64,000 nucleotides of DNA from a phage. Position 1 is the stretch's first letter. Every line of letters begins with the position of its first letter. This document shows, piece by piece, positions 1 to 10,308 of this stretch. The notes below the pieces were generated by a model, which was given only the letters and a program-made list of their open reading frames with translations, did no database searches and had not been told where the DNA came from. The position numbers were made by a program, and so were the translations under genes. Where the stretch lies: the sequence record PX880101.1; one strand, given 5' to 3'.

Positions 1-872
1 CAGAGGAAGCAATTAACTCCTTGTATGCAAACCAGTTAGGGTTTGATGTTAAAGAGTTTGTTGAAGATCCTAGCCAGTTTTTAACTGATCAAGAACACGC
101 AGAGATTCACCAATCATGGGCAAAAGCTGGAAAAATCAAAGTGTTCAAACATTTCGGATCTATTCCGGTGGACGAGTTGATTACCAAGCTTAAGCAAATG
201 GTTTGCCTGTACCATTGCCGTTATATTGTGCTGGATCACCTGTCCATGGTAATTTCAGGGCTTAATGTTAAGGATGAGCGAAAAGAACTGGACATGGCTA
301 TGACTCAGCTGGCTGCGTTTTGTAAGCAGTTTAACGTGTTTATCTTGGTGATCGCTCACCTCAAACGTACAGAGATTGTGCCTCCTAAGGACAAGGATGG
401 TAACCCGTTACCTTTCTGGTATCCTGTGCGAAAAGAGAATTTGCGAGGATCGGCGGGGCTTGAACAGTTGAGTTGGGTAGTCATAGGTGTCGAGGCCGAA
501 GAAATGGTGGATCGTTCTCGTGGACGTGTCCGTCTGGTAGGTCTTAAAAACCGTCCAGCAAAAACTCTAGGTATTGCTGACACTTTGGTTATGGACCCGC
601 ACACAGGTAAGTTCCATGATGCCAGTAATTGGTACTGGGACAAAGAAATGCAAATGTTTACAGACGGAGAAGGTGGGGAGGTTGTTTGGAGACCTCAGGC
701 TATGTTTGAGGATCAGGAGCATGCAGTTGTAGAAACACCTATGGGCAAGGTTGTGGCTGATAAGGTTGTAACTCCTACTGTTAAGCCTGTTGACACGCAG
801 GAAGACCTCCAGTACGATGATCCATCCTCTGACCAGGTCCCTGGTTTTGAGGATGATGAAACGCCTTTTTAA
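1..872 (+). CDS. Replicative DNA helicase, C-terminal RecA-like domain (T7 gp4/DnaB-like); 5' end lies outside the window
   Basis: Frame is open back to the window edge; LRGSAGLEQLS and IAHLKR segments resemble the DnaB/gp4 helicase C-terminal motifs. Confidence 0.65.
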   Translation, partial: EEAINSLYANQLGFDVKEFVEDPSQFLTDQEHAEIHQSWAKAGKIKVFKHFGSIPVDELITKLKQMVCLYHCRYIVLDHLSMVISGLNVKDERKELDMAMTQLAAFCKQFNVFILVIAHLKRTEIVPPKDKDGNPLPFWYPVRKENLRGSAGLEQLSWVVIGVEAEEMVDRSRGRVRLVGLKNRPAKTLGIADTLVMDPHTGKFHDASNWYWDKEMQMFTDGEGGEVVWRPQAMFEDQEHAVVETPMGKVVADKVVTPTVKPVDTQEDLQYDDPSSDQVPGFEDDETPF

Positions 873-930
873 TGTTTAACAAAGAGTGGGAGGGGTAGTA
901 CAACCGCCTCCCCTTTAAGGAGAACTGTAT

Positions 931-3354
931 ATGAGCATGTGGTCGTTCGATTTTGAGTCATCCGGTTTGCTGGAAGACCCAGATCTTTATTATCACTGCG
1001 GTCTGTTTAAAGAGCTGAATAAGAACCGTTTTATGCTGTTCCTTCCTCTAAATGACCGCACACACTACTCCGAGGAGGATATAGAAAAGGCTAAGAACTT
1101 CATTCTGGCAAAGAAAACTCTTTATAAAGATTTTGAAGTTCGCATAGCAGATTTTTCGGAGTTGGAAGGTTGGCTTACAGGCAATTCCGACTGGTCACCA
1201 ACAGCTTTGAACTGCCATAACTGCTACAGTTATGACTTTATGCTGATGGAGAGATTGTCCGGTATTCATTTTGATATGTTCCGTGATCCTAAATGCATGG
1301 GGACTATCAACGACCACCAGGTTAACCTGTTTGATACGTTGGCGATGAGCCGAATTTTGTGGCCTGATCGCCCTCTACCAAAAGGTTGTCCGGACGCTGT
1401 ATTCAACCCGGTTACTAAGAAAATGCAGCCTGTTGGTCCTCACGGCCTTATGGCATGGGGCTACGCCCTTGGTAACCAGAAAGTTCAAATTGATGACTGG
1501 CGCGATCTTCCGTTGTGGAAGTATGTGGATCGTGTATTCGAGGACGTTATCATCCAGGAGCTGCTCTGGAAAGAGCTGGTAGCGGAATCAAAAGGTGTAT
1601 TCTACGGCAAATCTGACATGCAGAACTTTATGTACGATCCTGCCAAAGAGAAGCCGAAAGGGTTCAAGAAGATCACCTGGAAGAACGCATTACGCCGGGG
1701 TATGCTGCAGCACTTCCTGATGGAGCTGCAGGCCCGTCAGGGTGTATATTTCGACATAGATGGAGCTATTGCTTTACGTGACCGTTGTGATGCGTGGATG
1801 AAAGAGATCGCTGATCGTGTTGAACCTCAACTTCCTTTAAAAGAGTTGTCAATGTCTCAGCGGCCCAAGTTCCCTGAAAAGCCGTTTAACCAAGATGGGA
1901 CAATCTCCAATAATGGTTGGAAATGGTTAAAAGATAAGCTTGGCTATCCTGTGGACATGAGCGCTTTAGAGTTCAAAGCCCCACCTAAGCGAGCATTTAC
2001 CTCCACAGGGGATGTCAGTAAGATGGGGATAAAATGGTGTGAAGAGATGGGCTGTAAAGACCCTGATAAGATGGCTGATTTCTTGAGGGGCTATATTAAG
2101 GGCACCTCCACACCACAACCTTTACCTAAAGAGCTAATGGATCAGGCAATAAGTGATCTACAGCAGAAGCGAATGCCTGACTGCAAGATACCTATGAAAA
2201 TCAGCAATCAGGACGACATTAAGCGATACCTGATCAGTGCTGGTTGGCTTCCGACAATGTGGAGAACTAAGGATGTAACTAAAGACAGCAAGAAGAAAGC
2301 TCTACCTGATGCAGATGTTGATGCACGAGTATATGCATATATGGACGAGCTTTTAGAGTCAGAGTATTGTGACCTGATTATCAACTTCTGGAACAAAACT
2401 GATGCTAAGTTCCAGACAACCGTGCACAAGTTCCGAAGCTTTCCTAACTCCGAAAGGATTAAAAAGGAAGTATTCGGGAAAATACGTAGAAAAGCCAGGG
2501 CACTTATTACTTCTCCGCAACTGAAAGATACGTTTGGACACCTATGTCCGAATCTTGAAAAATTGAACGGAGAGATGGCTAAAGATATCGTCTTGTGGTT
2601 ATCCTTGCGAAACCGCAGATCGGTCCTTGATCCAATCAAGGAGGATAAGGTTGATACTGGTCTTCTTAATCACCCACGTTTGAAGATTGACCATAAGCTT
2701 CCTGCTAAAAGTTCTGGATTAACAAACACTTCCCGACAGAAACACAGTATTTGTGCGAACATGCCTAAACCATCTCCTAAAGTGGTTATGGGTAAAGAGA
2801 TGCGTAGTCTGTGGGGTGTTCCTCCAGGATACTTTGAGATTGGTATTGACGGGTCCAACTTAGAGCAGCTTATCGGGGCTTGGGGTGCCTTTGAGTTCGA
2901 CAACGGCTTGTATTATGATGTTGTAAGTAACGGGGACGCACACCAAAACAATGCTGAGGCATATACAAAAGTAGCAGGTAGAGAGGTGTCTCGTAACGAC
3001 GGTAAACCTATCACGTATGGGGTTATGTATGGGGCACAAAAAGATAAAGTTGCAGATATGCTGGACATCTCTCCAGAGTTGGGACAAAGGGTAATCGATG
3101 CACTCTGGGATGCCAACCCAGGTCTTAAGGGGCGCAAAGAGGATCTGGAGAAATTCTGGGAAGCAACAGGTAAGAAGTTTATCTACTCTTTTGATGGTCA
3201 TGCTATCTGGACCCGATCTAAACACTCTTTACTTAATGCATACCAACAAAATGGCGGTGCATCGTTGTGTGACTTAGTTGGAATACTCATGCACCACCAG
3301 ATGGTGAAGCGTGGGTGGTACGATGAAGGTGTTCGTCGTATTATTTATTACCAT
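931..3354 (+). CDS. DNA polymerase family A, exon 1 (3'-5' exonuclease plus polymerase motifs A and B)
   Basis: FDFESSG (Exo I), IDGSNLEQL (motif A), KPITYGVMYGA (motif B), NAYQQNGGASLCDL (helix before motif C); the unspliced frame ends IIYYH-K-stop at 3355-3360, before motif C is complete. Confidence 0.85.
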
Positions 3355-3630
3355 AAATAACATTGTGGCTTCATAGAGTAATCTATGTCGAATAACCTCT
3401 TTAACTGCGGGAAGCCTAAACCTTATGGCAAGGTAATCCGCAACGAAGCGCTCAAAAGAGCGAACGCTCAGAGGCCATTCCGAAAGGAAGTAGACCAGCA
3501 AGTGCGGTCGAAATGGGAGGATTCCTGTGGTTGCTTATCATAGGAATATGAGATGGTCCGATCCTACGTGAAAACGTATGGCTATGCACGTAAAGGTGCG
3601 GGGTAGCTTAACGACCTACCTGAACTATTG
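3355..3630 (+). other. Candidate group I self-splicing intron without ORF, inside the DNA polymerase gene
   Basis: Follows exon base U (3354) and ends in G (3630); GTGG at 3365-3368 can pair with exon end CCAU; GNRA-capped hairpins at 3372-3387 and 3478-3489; R-like UCAGAGGCCAU (3468-3478) and S-like AGAUGGUCC (3551-3559). Confidence 0.55.
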
Positions 3631-3984
3631 GATGAGTACCAACTTCAAGTCCCTGACACACCGAAGTATAAGACTGTGTACACCTTCGACACAATCGAAG
3701 AACTGGAAGCATTTAAGGCAGAGCAGGAGGCCAAACTTCATGTGTTCGACGGTCATAAGTACAAAAAGGCACGCAAGGATGAGGACGGAAACGAAGTGGT
3801 TGACAGAGACGGAAACACGGTGTACGATCCTATCCTGAATGATGACGGAAAGCTTGAACTTATCTGGAGCCCTGTGGGTGAAATGGTGGTGCATTGCTTC
3901 TGGCAAGCTTCTAAAATGATGGGCGTCCCGTTCCAGATCACAGGTGAATACTTGTGTGGTCGTAATTGGGGTGATTGTCACTAA
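3631..3984 (+). CDS. DNA polymerase family A, exon 2 (motif C Asp-Glu through conserved C-terminus)
   Basis: No ATG (only in-frame TTG at 3628); frame starts DEYQLQV, completing YH|DE motif C, and ends GRNWGDCH, like the T7 gp5 and Klenow C-termini. Confidence 0.7.
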   Translation, partial: DEYQLQVPDTPKYKTVYTFDTIEELEAFKAEQEAKLHVFDGHKYKKARKDEDGNEVVDRDGNTVYDPILNDDGKLELIWSPVGEMVVHCFWQASKMMGVPFQITGEYLCGRNWGDCH

Positions 3985-4033
3985 TGTAAACTATCAACAC
4001 ATGGAAGTGTTGTTGAGCAAAGAGGAGACTTTT

Positions 4034-4318
4034 ATGGTAGTAGAACCAACAAAAACATTTACATCCATGACTATCCCTGTTATTATGCAGGTGGAGTGTG
4101 TTCAGGTATCTCAAGTGTGGCCAGGCACTAAAATCCCAACAGGGCCTGATTTCTTTCAGGTTGGGAAAGTGTACAATGTCTGGAAGGCACCAGATTGTCA
4201 CCCTTTCATTAAAGATGACCGTGGAATGCTGTGGTATCTTGGAAATGATTTGACACTGCACCTTGGGAATGCTATTATTGCAGTATTCAGACTTAACAAG
4301 AAGGAGACCGATCAATGA
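4034..4318 (+). CDS. hypothetical protein
   Basis: ATG 6 nt after GAGGAGA; upstream part of the listed ORF 3944-4318 overlaps the polymerase 3' end. Confidence 0.5.
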   Translation: MVVEPTKTFTSMTIPVIMQVECVQVSQVWPGTKIPTGPDFFQVGKVYNVWKAPDCHPFIKDDRGMLWYLGNDLTLHLGNAIIAVFRLNKKETDQ

Positions 4319-4542
4319 CGACTTTGGTTAAAGCTACCTTTGTAGAAGAAAAGATGACAGACATGTCATTCTTTAAAGAAGGAAAGACCTACGAGGTTTA
4401 TTACGATAAAGCTCGTGCAAACAAAATGATTAAAGACGAGGAAGGGGTTGACTGGTATATCTCTCACCTGGCAAACGGTGAGTATCATATCTACGGAACC
4501 ACTTTGCTTGCCAAGTTTGTAGTTGTTGAAGAGGACCTATGA
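4315..4542 (+). CDS. hypothetical protein
   Basis: AAGGAG SD; start overlaps the upstream stop. Confidence 0.55.
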   Translation: MTTLVKATFVEEKMTDMSFFKEGKTYEVYYDKARANKMIKDEEGVDWYISHLANGEYHIYGTTLLAKFVVVEEDL

Positions 4543-4733
4543 AAGTAAAGTATCTTGCTGAAGGTATGAATAGGTATTTTACCCTTGGTGAAGAATATTG
4601 GCCCTTTACAAACAACGGCGATGTCTACGTGAAAGATAATTTCGGCACGCCGTGGTTTCTGCACTCTAATGGGCTGGGATACTCCATTTACTGCGGTGCA
4701 GTGAACAACACAACTCTTGCAGAGTTCGTTTAG
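4539..4733 (+). CDS. hypothetical protein
   Basis: Start overlaps upstream stop (ATGA); SD-like GAGGA. Confidence 0.5.
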   Translation: MKVKYLAEGMNRYFTLGEEYWPFTNNGDVYVKDNFGTPWFLHSNGLGYSIYCGAVNNTTLAEFV

Positions 4734-4743
4734 AGGAGGTAGG

Positions 4744-5115
4744 ATGTTAGTAAAAGGTACCCACACAGTCAAACAACGTATTGAAGTTGAGATTGATGAT
4801 TGTGAGCTGAAGCATATTTTACGGTCATGCTCCAACGTTTTGCTCCTTAGTATTCTTCAGGAGCGAGCGGAGAACGAGTTCTTAAATGCATTGGCAGGCC
4901 GTCCCGGTGACTTCTGTGTGCGTAAGCGTGGTGACAACAAGTCGTGGTTGTGGGAGATCGATGCCGACTGGGATTACCACAAAAATGAGGGTATAGATGG
5001 GCCTATTCGTGAACTGACGGACAAAGAGATTCAGATGTACAATGAAGTTTGTCATTGGGCAACACGCCAACAAATTTACCTAGACCCTGTGTGGCTGATT
5101 GAAAATAGTCGTTGA
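4744..5115 (+). CDS. hypothetical protein
   Basis: Internal ATG preceded by AGAGGAGGT chosen over the listed upstream start at 4717. Confidence 0.5.
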   Translation: MLVKGTHTVKQRIEVEIDDCELKHILRSCSNVLLLSILQERAENEFLNALAGRPGDFCVRKRGDNKSWLWEIDADWDYHKNEGIDGPIRELTDKEIQMYNEVCHWATRQQIYLDPVWLIENSR

Positions 5116-5140
5116 CAAGAAGTAAGGCTAGATGTAAGAT
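5112..5140 (+). promoter_or_regulatory. sigma70-like promoter TTGACA-N17-TAAGAT
   Basis: Hexamers read directly, 17-nt spacer, about 50 nt upstream of the 5192 start. Confidence 0.5.
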
Positions 5141-5191
5141 ACTCCCCACAAACAGAGTATTGATTGTTAAATAATTAAGGAGACCTCTAAG

Positions 5192-5446
5192 ATGAAAATC
5201 ATGTTGAAACCAGAATGCGTTGCAAACGACCGAGCTTTTAAAGATTGCACACTTGGCGCTACTTATGAAGCAGAGTTTTGTGAGAACCCTTTGGTAAAAG
5301 CCCTTCTGGAAGAAGGGGCCCCTTTATCACAAGAAGAGATTGATGAGCTGGAAAACTCAGCACAGTGCCTTACCTTTAAAGATGATGAAGGAGACTCTGT
5401 CTGGTGCACTGTTAATGAAGTAGTTTTTGTAAAACCTGAACATTAA
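5192..5446 (+). CDS. hypothetical protein, paralogue of 5510-5782
   Basis: AAGGAGA SD; shares the segment RAFKDCT / SAFRDCT with the next gene. Confidence 0.6.
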   Translation: MKIMLKPECVANDRAFKDCTLGATYEAEFCENPLVKALLEEGAPLSQEEIDELENSAQCLTFKDDEGDSVWCTVNEVVFVKPEH

Positions 5447-5449
5447 TAC

Positions 5450-5478
5450 TTGACAACAGTGATGGGGCCTAATATAAT
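5450..5478 (+). promoter_or_regulatory. sigma70-like promoter TTGACA-N17-TATAAT
   Basis: Consensus hexamers with 17-nt spacer; lies inside the listed ORF 5450-5782, so the real start is downstream. Confidence 0.55.
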
Positions 5479-5509
5479 GGCCCTATCAAAACGAAAGGGG
5501 ACCACAGCA

Positions 5510-5782
5510 ATGACCAAACAATATCAACGAATTAAAGCCAAGGTTAAGCCAGACTATCTGGAGAAGGACTCTGCTTTTCGGGACTGCACAGCTGACAAAG
5601 TTTATACAGGGGCCGTCCTGTTGAACGATGAACTTGAAGTAGATATTCTGGGTAAAGAGGCAACTATTAAGGACGACCAAGGCGATTATGTTTGCTGCAC
5701 CACACGTGAGCTAGAAATCTTAGAATACTTCGGTGAAATCTTCACCTCTCTTGATGATTACTTAGATGATGAGGAAGCGTGA
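5510..5782 (+). CDS. hypothetical protein, paralogue of 5192-5446
   Basis: ATG after AAAGGGGA, downstream of the promoter; shared KDCT segment. Confidence 0.55.
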   Translation: MTKQYQRIKAKVKPDYLEKDSAFRDCTADKVYTGAVLLNDELEVDILGKEATIKDDQGDYVCCTTRELEILEYFGEIFTSLDDYLDDEEA

Positions 5783-6171
5783 TGAAAAATATTTGGGATA
5801 TCGATATCTTTGAAGCCTCTAAGCTTGATGGTGCTGATGGAGTGATTATGGTGTCTGATGGCAAGGCAACACTAACTTCCGGAGATATCATCTATGCCTT
5901 GGACGAGCTGGCGCTTCTGAAATCTACCGGTAACACTTTGGAGGAGCGTCTTCAGGGATTCGCTTTCAAAGAAGGTACAAATACAGCCATGATGTGCACC
6001 ACACGGACAGTTCAGGTTGGTAACGGTGTCTATATGATTATTGCTGTGTGTCCTAAATTCAGCAACGTCAACAAAGATGATGCTGACGCGGTCAACGATG
6101 TGGTTGTTCTCTTCGTGGGTGACGCTATGGCAGATCTGATGAATGCAGGAGAAGCAGCAAATGAAGACTGA
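5779..6171 (+). CDS. hypothetical protein
   Basis: ATGA start/stop overlap with the upstream gene. Confidence 0.55.
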   Translation: MMKNIWDIDIFEASKLDGADGVIMVSDGKATLTSGDIIYALDELALLKSTGNTLEERLQGFAFKEGTNTAMMCTTRTVQVGNGVYMIIAVCPKFSNVNKDDADAVNDVVVLFVGDAMADLMNAGEAANED

Positions 6172-6463
6172 AAACATCACCCCAGCAGGGTTCTTAAAAG
6201 TATACCGTGAACTGCTATATACTACAGAGGACAGTGTTCTAGAGTATCCAGAATATCTTTTGCTGTATAAGTATCTGCAGGAGGCTGGTGAAAATCTGCC
6301 AGTTAGTGCAGAAGGTGGTCCAAACTGGATATACAGCGCATGGAGAAAGGTTGACATTCTCCCAGACCCAGGTAAAGATATGGTAGTTTGGCAGCTTATC
6401 AACAACATCGGGATTCCAATCTTTGATGAAGCTGTTAAAATCTATTTTGAACTTGACGATTAA
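6161..6463 (+). CDS. hypothetical protein
   Basis: ATG 9 nt after AGGAG; the listed 6143 start has no SD. Confidence 0.45.
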   Translation: MKTENITPAGFLKVYRELLYTTEDSVLEYPEYLLLYKYLQEAGENLPVSAEGGPNWIYSAWRKVDILPDPGKDMVVWQLINNIGIPIFDEAVKIYFELDD

Positions 6464-6480
6464 TATCAGGAGACCTTAAG

Positions 6481-6726
6481 ATGACTGAAGCAGTTGCTCG
6501 CGCAGGACAGAAAGTACGTTGTGTTGAAGTGGGTTTTGGTGGCAAAGGGTGTCAAAACTTGACTCAAGGCAAGGAATATGCTGTTATCTCTGGTGGTGGC
6601 GACGAAAGTATTGTGTTCGAGGGCCACATCCTGGATGCTGAAAACTTTGAAATCTTTGACGACGATGGGGATCCGATCACCTGCCTGCTGGACGGGAATT
6701 GGGGAACTTTCGAAGTGATTGGCTAA
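6481..6726 (+). CDS. hypothetical protein
   Basis: AGGAGA SD 7 nt upstream. Confidence 0.55.
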   Translation: MTEAVARAGQKVRCVEVGFGGKGCQNLTQGKEYAVISGGGDESIVFEGHILDAENFEIFDDDGDPITCLLDGNWGTFEVIG

Positions 6727-6809
6727 CAAATACCTATTGTAATTTACAGAAGGGGATGCTAAAATAGTATCTCCTTCTATGTTGTTCAAATAAAATCGGA
6801 GATTCCATA

Positions 6810-7178
6810 ATGGAACAAATGAACGATCAAGAGTCGGTTGCGATGAACGAGCAAGAACAACCTCAAGAATTTTTCTTAGGGTTAAGTAAAGATCAAGTGT
6901 CTCTTTTGCTAGTGCTTTCTTCTTTCATGGGAAGACTTCAGGAGCTCACACAACAACCGGAGGCTGAACAATTATTTCAGGCTCTGCGTGAAGAAGAAAA
7001 ATATCGTCGTTTGGACTATGCCTTAGGTTGGGTAGCTCAACAACGAGATATGTTGATGGCCCTCTCTGGGACCACAAGTTTTGCAATGGGCCTGTTGGCT
7101 CAAGTTCAGGACAAATTAATTCAAGCAGGGTTTGCACACACGGCAAACACTAACGAAGAACAAGGAGACAAAGAATGA
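6810..7178 (+). CDS. hypothetical protein
   Basis: GGAGA SD; coupled to the next gene by ATGA overlap. Confidence 0.55.
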   Translation: MEQMNDQESVAMNEQEQPQEFFLGLSKDQVSLLLVLSSFMGRLQELTQQPEAEQLFQALREEEKYRRLDYALGWVAQQRDMLMALSGTTSFAMGLLAQVQDKLIQAGFAHTANTNEEQGDKE

Positions 7179-8446
7179 GCGTTATTCAACAATTCGCTAA
7201 CCCGATGAATCCGCGTGAAACTGTTTTACTGGCTCACGGCATGATTAAACGCGTCAGCATCAAGCCTATCAAAGGTGCTGATCCTACAACAGGTATTAAA
7301 ACCACTGTGTGGCAAGGTAAGAAAATTGAGTCCAGCCACACCATCTCTTTACTGATTTCTGAACTGGATTCCTCTGATAACCTACTTCAAGGTGGTGAAG
7401 AAGTTTGGATCAGTATGGGCGATAAGCTGCTTAAACCGGGTCATCAAGACTCTGTCTCTGTTAAAATTGATGACAAGTGGGAAACCGTAACGCCAGGATG
7501 GATCGTAAATATCCCTTTGAAGGCAAACGAGCATAACGGTAAGACCTACTACAAAGGCTCACTGGCTAAGATGGTTAAGCTGGGTGCAGGAGAGACTCCA
7601 GCAGCGACTCAGCAGCAAAAACCGCAACAAGGTGCACAATCACAAGGCCAGAAGCAGAAACCTCAGCAGAATGCCAATCAGGACGTTTTACGCATCTATG
7701 GTGATGTGACTCAGATTGTTGGCAACGTGGTTACTGTTAATGACCACAAGATTGGCGAAGGTGCTATGGTTGTAACTGATGAGCAGCTTAAAGACCTGGT
7801 GGTAGGTGGTCGTGTTGCAGCCATTGTTGACAAAGACACCGGAAACATTATCAGTGGTTTCAAAGCCTATCCTCCTAAGGCAGAGAACGGTACTCAAGGC
7901 TCTGGTGGCAAGCGTAAATCCTCTTACGACCCTATCGGTGTGGAAACGGGGCATAGCATCAATGCGTTGCAAATCATCCTGGATCGCGGGTTTAAGGTAG
8001 ACGACCCACTAGGAGTGGCTAAAACACTACACGTAGTCACTATTGAGCTTAAGAAAGAGTATGCTCAAGCCACCAACCGAACTGAAGATGAAGTAGGTGC
8101 CAGTGTCGGTAATGCGGTGTTGAACGCTTGTCGCCGTATTGACAAGAAAACGAAAGTTGATGATTTTGCAGCGGCAATTACTGCAGAAGCAAAAGATGTC
8201 TTGACTAATCTGGCTGAGCCGTTGTACGATTGGATCAAGAACGGTGCTGGGTCAACTGACCATCAAGAACCTCAGGCTGCCAAACAGGAAGCAGCTCCAC
8301 AGCAAAACACTGTAGACGCTCCTCCTGTAAATGATGGGGAAGATGACCCGATGGATCAGAATCCAGCACAGTATGACTTCTGTGATGACATACCTTTCGC
8401 TCCGGTAGGTCTGCAATATGGTAAAAGTAGAATCTACGCATTGTAA
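7175..8446 (+). CDS. Putative ssDNA-binding protein (Q-rich linker, acidic tail with DDIPF motif)
   Basis: Low-complexity [20 protein letters not shown] linker and acidic segment DFCDDIPF resembling the E. coli SSB tail, but 15 residues follow the motif; position after helicase and polymerase. Confidence 0.4.
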   Translation: MSVIQQFANPMNPRETVLLAHGMIKRVSIKPIKGADPTTGIKTTVWQGKKIESSHTISLLISELDSSDNLLQGGEEVWISMGDKLLKPGHQDSVSVKIDDKWETVTPGWIVNIPLKANEHNGKTYYKGSLAKMVKLGAGETPAATQQQKPQQGAQSQGQKQKPQQNANQDVLRIYGDVTQIVGNVVTVNDHKIGEGAMVVTDEQLKDLVVGGRVAAIVDKDTGNIISGFKAYPPKAENGTQGSGGKRKSSYDPIGVETGHSINALQIILDRGFKVDDPLGVAKTLHVVTIELKKEYAQATNRTEDEVGASVGNAVLNACRRIDKKTKVDDFAAAITAEAKDVLTNLAEPLYDWIKNGAGSTDHQEPQAAKQEAAPQQNTVDAPPVNDGEDDPMDQNPAQYDFCDDIPFAPVGLQYGKSRIYAL

Positions 8447-9041
8447 GAGGTGCATCAAGTGCGGAGAGGTGAAAAACCTCTCCGAGTTCTACAAACATCC
8501 AAAGATGGCTGACGGTCATCTTAATAAGTGCAAAGAGTGCTGTAAGAAGGCCAGCAGAGAGGCTGACCAGTTTTCCCACGACTCTTCAGAAAAAGGTGTA
8601 ATACGCGTGCTGTACAAGGCTCAAAAGTGCAACAGCAAGCAAAGAGGTCACCCTCCTCCGACTTACACCAAAAAAGAGTTTAAGGAGTGGCTATACCTGA
8701 ACGGTTACAAAGAGTTGTATGATCAGTGGGTAGCCAGCGGATACGACAAAAGGAAAAAGCCTTCTTGTGACAGGATAGATGATTTCAAAGGGTACTCTTT
8801 TGATAATATCCGTTTAACAACCTGGGGAGAAAATAAAGACAAGCAGACGGAGGATATTCTGTTGCATAGAAGCACCAGCGGTAGACGGTGTAAAAATGTA
8901 AGGAGGCTGGACATGAATGGCAACGTTCTTAAAGAATGGGTATCCCACAATTCTTGTAGAAGAGAAACCGGAATATGTGTTGATTACTACATTCATGAAA
9001 AAATTCCAGCTCCCGATGGATACCTCTATGAATACTTTTAG
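8418..9041 (+). CDS. HNH homing endonuclease (N-terminal zinc finger plus HNH_3-like CDRID...[10 protein letters not shown] motif), free-standing
   Basis: CKRCIKCGE...HLNKCKEC zinc-binding segment and [24 protein letters not shown]; overlaps the 3' end of the SSB-like gene by 29 nt. Confidence 0.6.
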   Translation: MVKVESTHCKRCIKCGEVKNLSEFYKHPKMADGHLNKCKECCKKASREADQFSHDSSEKGVIRVLYKAQKCNSKQRGHPPPTYTKKEFKEWLYLNGYKELYDQWVASGYDKRKKPSCDRIDDFKGYSFDNIRLTTWGENKDKQTEDILLHRSTSGRRCKNVRRLDMNGNVLKEWVSHNSCRRETGICVDYYIHEKIPAPDGYLYEYF

Positions 9042-9056
9042 CACCTAACTGACATA

Positions 9057-9086
9057 GCCCTGCCCGAAAGGGTGGGGCATTTTTGT
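9057..9086 (+). terminator. Rho-independent terminator (9-bp stem, GAAA loop, T-run)
   Basis: GCCCTGCCC-GAAA-GGGTGGGGC followed by ATTTTTGT. Confidence 0.55.
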
Positions 9087-9103
9087 ATAAGGAGATCTGA
9101 AAA

Positions 9104-9520
9104 ATGACATTAGAAGATATCATTGTTAAACCTGAGAACTATGACCAATACAACCTGTCAACTCAATCTGTAGACCTTGGATGCGCCACGGTCAGTGCGT
9201 GGATGGTTAACGGAAAAGAGCTGGATAAATGCTTAGAAGCTCACATGTCTATTAACAAGTTTCTGGATGAAAATACTCACTGGCTTGAGGGTGCAGGTGT
9301 ATATGCTTCATGGTTGGAGAGTATGGGATTCGACTACCAATCTGAAGAGGGGTGGTGGAGCTATTTAGCTATCTGCCCAGAGACGCTGCAATGCTTCATG
9401 AAATATTCTGAAGATTTGGAGTACCGGGCGGTGGTTGATAGTGCTATTGCCCGTTATAGCCGTAAACCTTTTTCCCACGACATTAAAACTGTGGAAGAAT
9501 TTGTTGAAGTTTTCTGTTGA
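9104..9520 (+). CDS. hypothetical protein
   Basis: AAGGAGA SD. Confidence 0.55.
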   Translation: MTLEDIIVKPENYDQYNLSTQSVDLGCATVSAWMVNGKELDKCLEAHMSINKFLDENTHWLEGAGVYASWLESMGFDYQSEEGWWSYLAICPETLQCFMKYSEDLEYRAVVDSAIARYSRKPFSHDIKTVEEFVEVFC

Positions 9521-9616
9521 CACAAGTTGAAAGGTGTGCAATTATAACTTCATAGAACGGGAGGACGTGATGAACGAAGAAAACTGGGATGTATAACTAA
9601 CAGGAGGCCACTGCCC

Positions 9617-9814
9617 ATGATTTATCGAATCCGTGTAAGAGAAGATGCACCAGGCTGTTACTTTGACTGGCGTGGGTGGTGGTTTCTCCACCCAATGGAT
9701 GGACTCACAGATAGAATGCTGGAGGCTGCCCTTTATACAGATACCGACATAGAATATAATCTTTATCTGAAGGACGGTATAGATAACGGCCTGTTTGAAG
9801 CAATTCCTGTGTAA
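9617..9814 (+). CDS. hypothetical protein
   Basis: AGGAGG SD. Confidence 0.45.
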   Translation: MIYRIRVREDAPGCYFDWRGWWFLHPMDGLTDRMLEAALYTDTDIEYNLYLKDGIDNGLFEAIPV

Positions 9815-9882
9815 GAGACTATGATAGCCATGTTTTATGATCTTCCTGTAGCACCACCACCTGTTGAACCCGGAGAACTAAG

Positions 9883-10308
9883 ATGATCTATGAAATGCCA
9901 AAACTGATTCGCGACGATGCCCAAAACGCCCACACCTTTATCATGGGCAAGCGCATGGATATTATTTGTCATAAAGACTTCTGGGAAGGGAGTTACTTCA
10001 CAGAGTATTTTGGTAAACTGGACAATGGTCTGCTGATCCAGTTCTACACCGATGCGGAAAACAACATTCACTGGGAGTTCGAAACTGAAGATATCCATAA
10101 ACTTTTCACCTTCCTCGGTATTAAGGTTGAGGCCAAGTTTGAAGAAGGTGAGTGCGACGATTGTGGATTCTATGAGGTAACAGATTTCTACCTTCCAAGT
10201 GGTAAAAATCTCTACTACGAAAGCCACTTCGGCAACTCAAATATGCCACAGTGTTGGGATGAGTTTTTGGAAATTGCAGAAGAGGAGCTGGAATACCGTG
10301 ATTATTGA
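9883..10308 (+). CDS. hypothetical protein, translationally coupled to the macro-domain gene
   Basis: ORF; the downstream GTG start overlaps its stop. Confidence 0.5.
   Translation: MIYEMPKLIRDDAQNAHTFIMGKRMDIICHKDFWEGSYFTEYFGKLDNGLLIQFYTDAENNIHWEFETEDIHKLFTFLGIKVEAKFEEGECDDCGFYEVTDFYLPSGKNLYYESHFGNSNMPQCWDEFLEIAEEELEYRDY

Noticed and set aside
2208-3501. Minus-strand ORFs (60-143 aa) inside the DNA polymerase gene
   Set aside because: Antisense to a confidently identified gene, no SD, low-complexity translations
3355-3630. Programmed frameshift, translational bypass or pseudogenised polymerase
   Set aside because: The 276-nt gap is far longer than known bypass elements, both exons keep intact conserved motifs, and the insert has group I intron boundary and core features
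5872-6408. 178-aa minus-strand ORF
   Set aside because: Antisense overlap with well-supported plus-strand genes that have SD sites; Ser/Cys-rich unnatural composition
8418-9041. HNH endonuclease as part of an intron or intein
   Set aside because: It is a free-standing ORF overlapping only the last codons of the SSB-like gene; no flanking structured RNA or intein splice motifs seen
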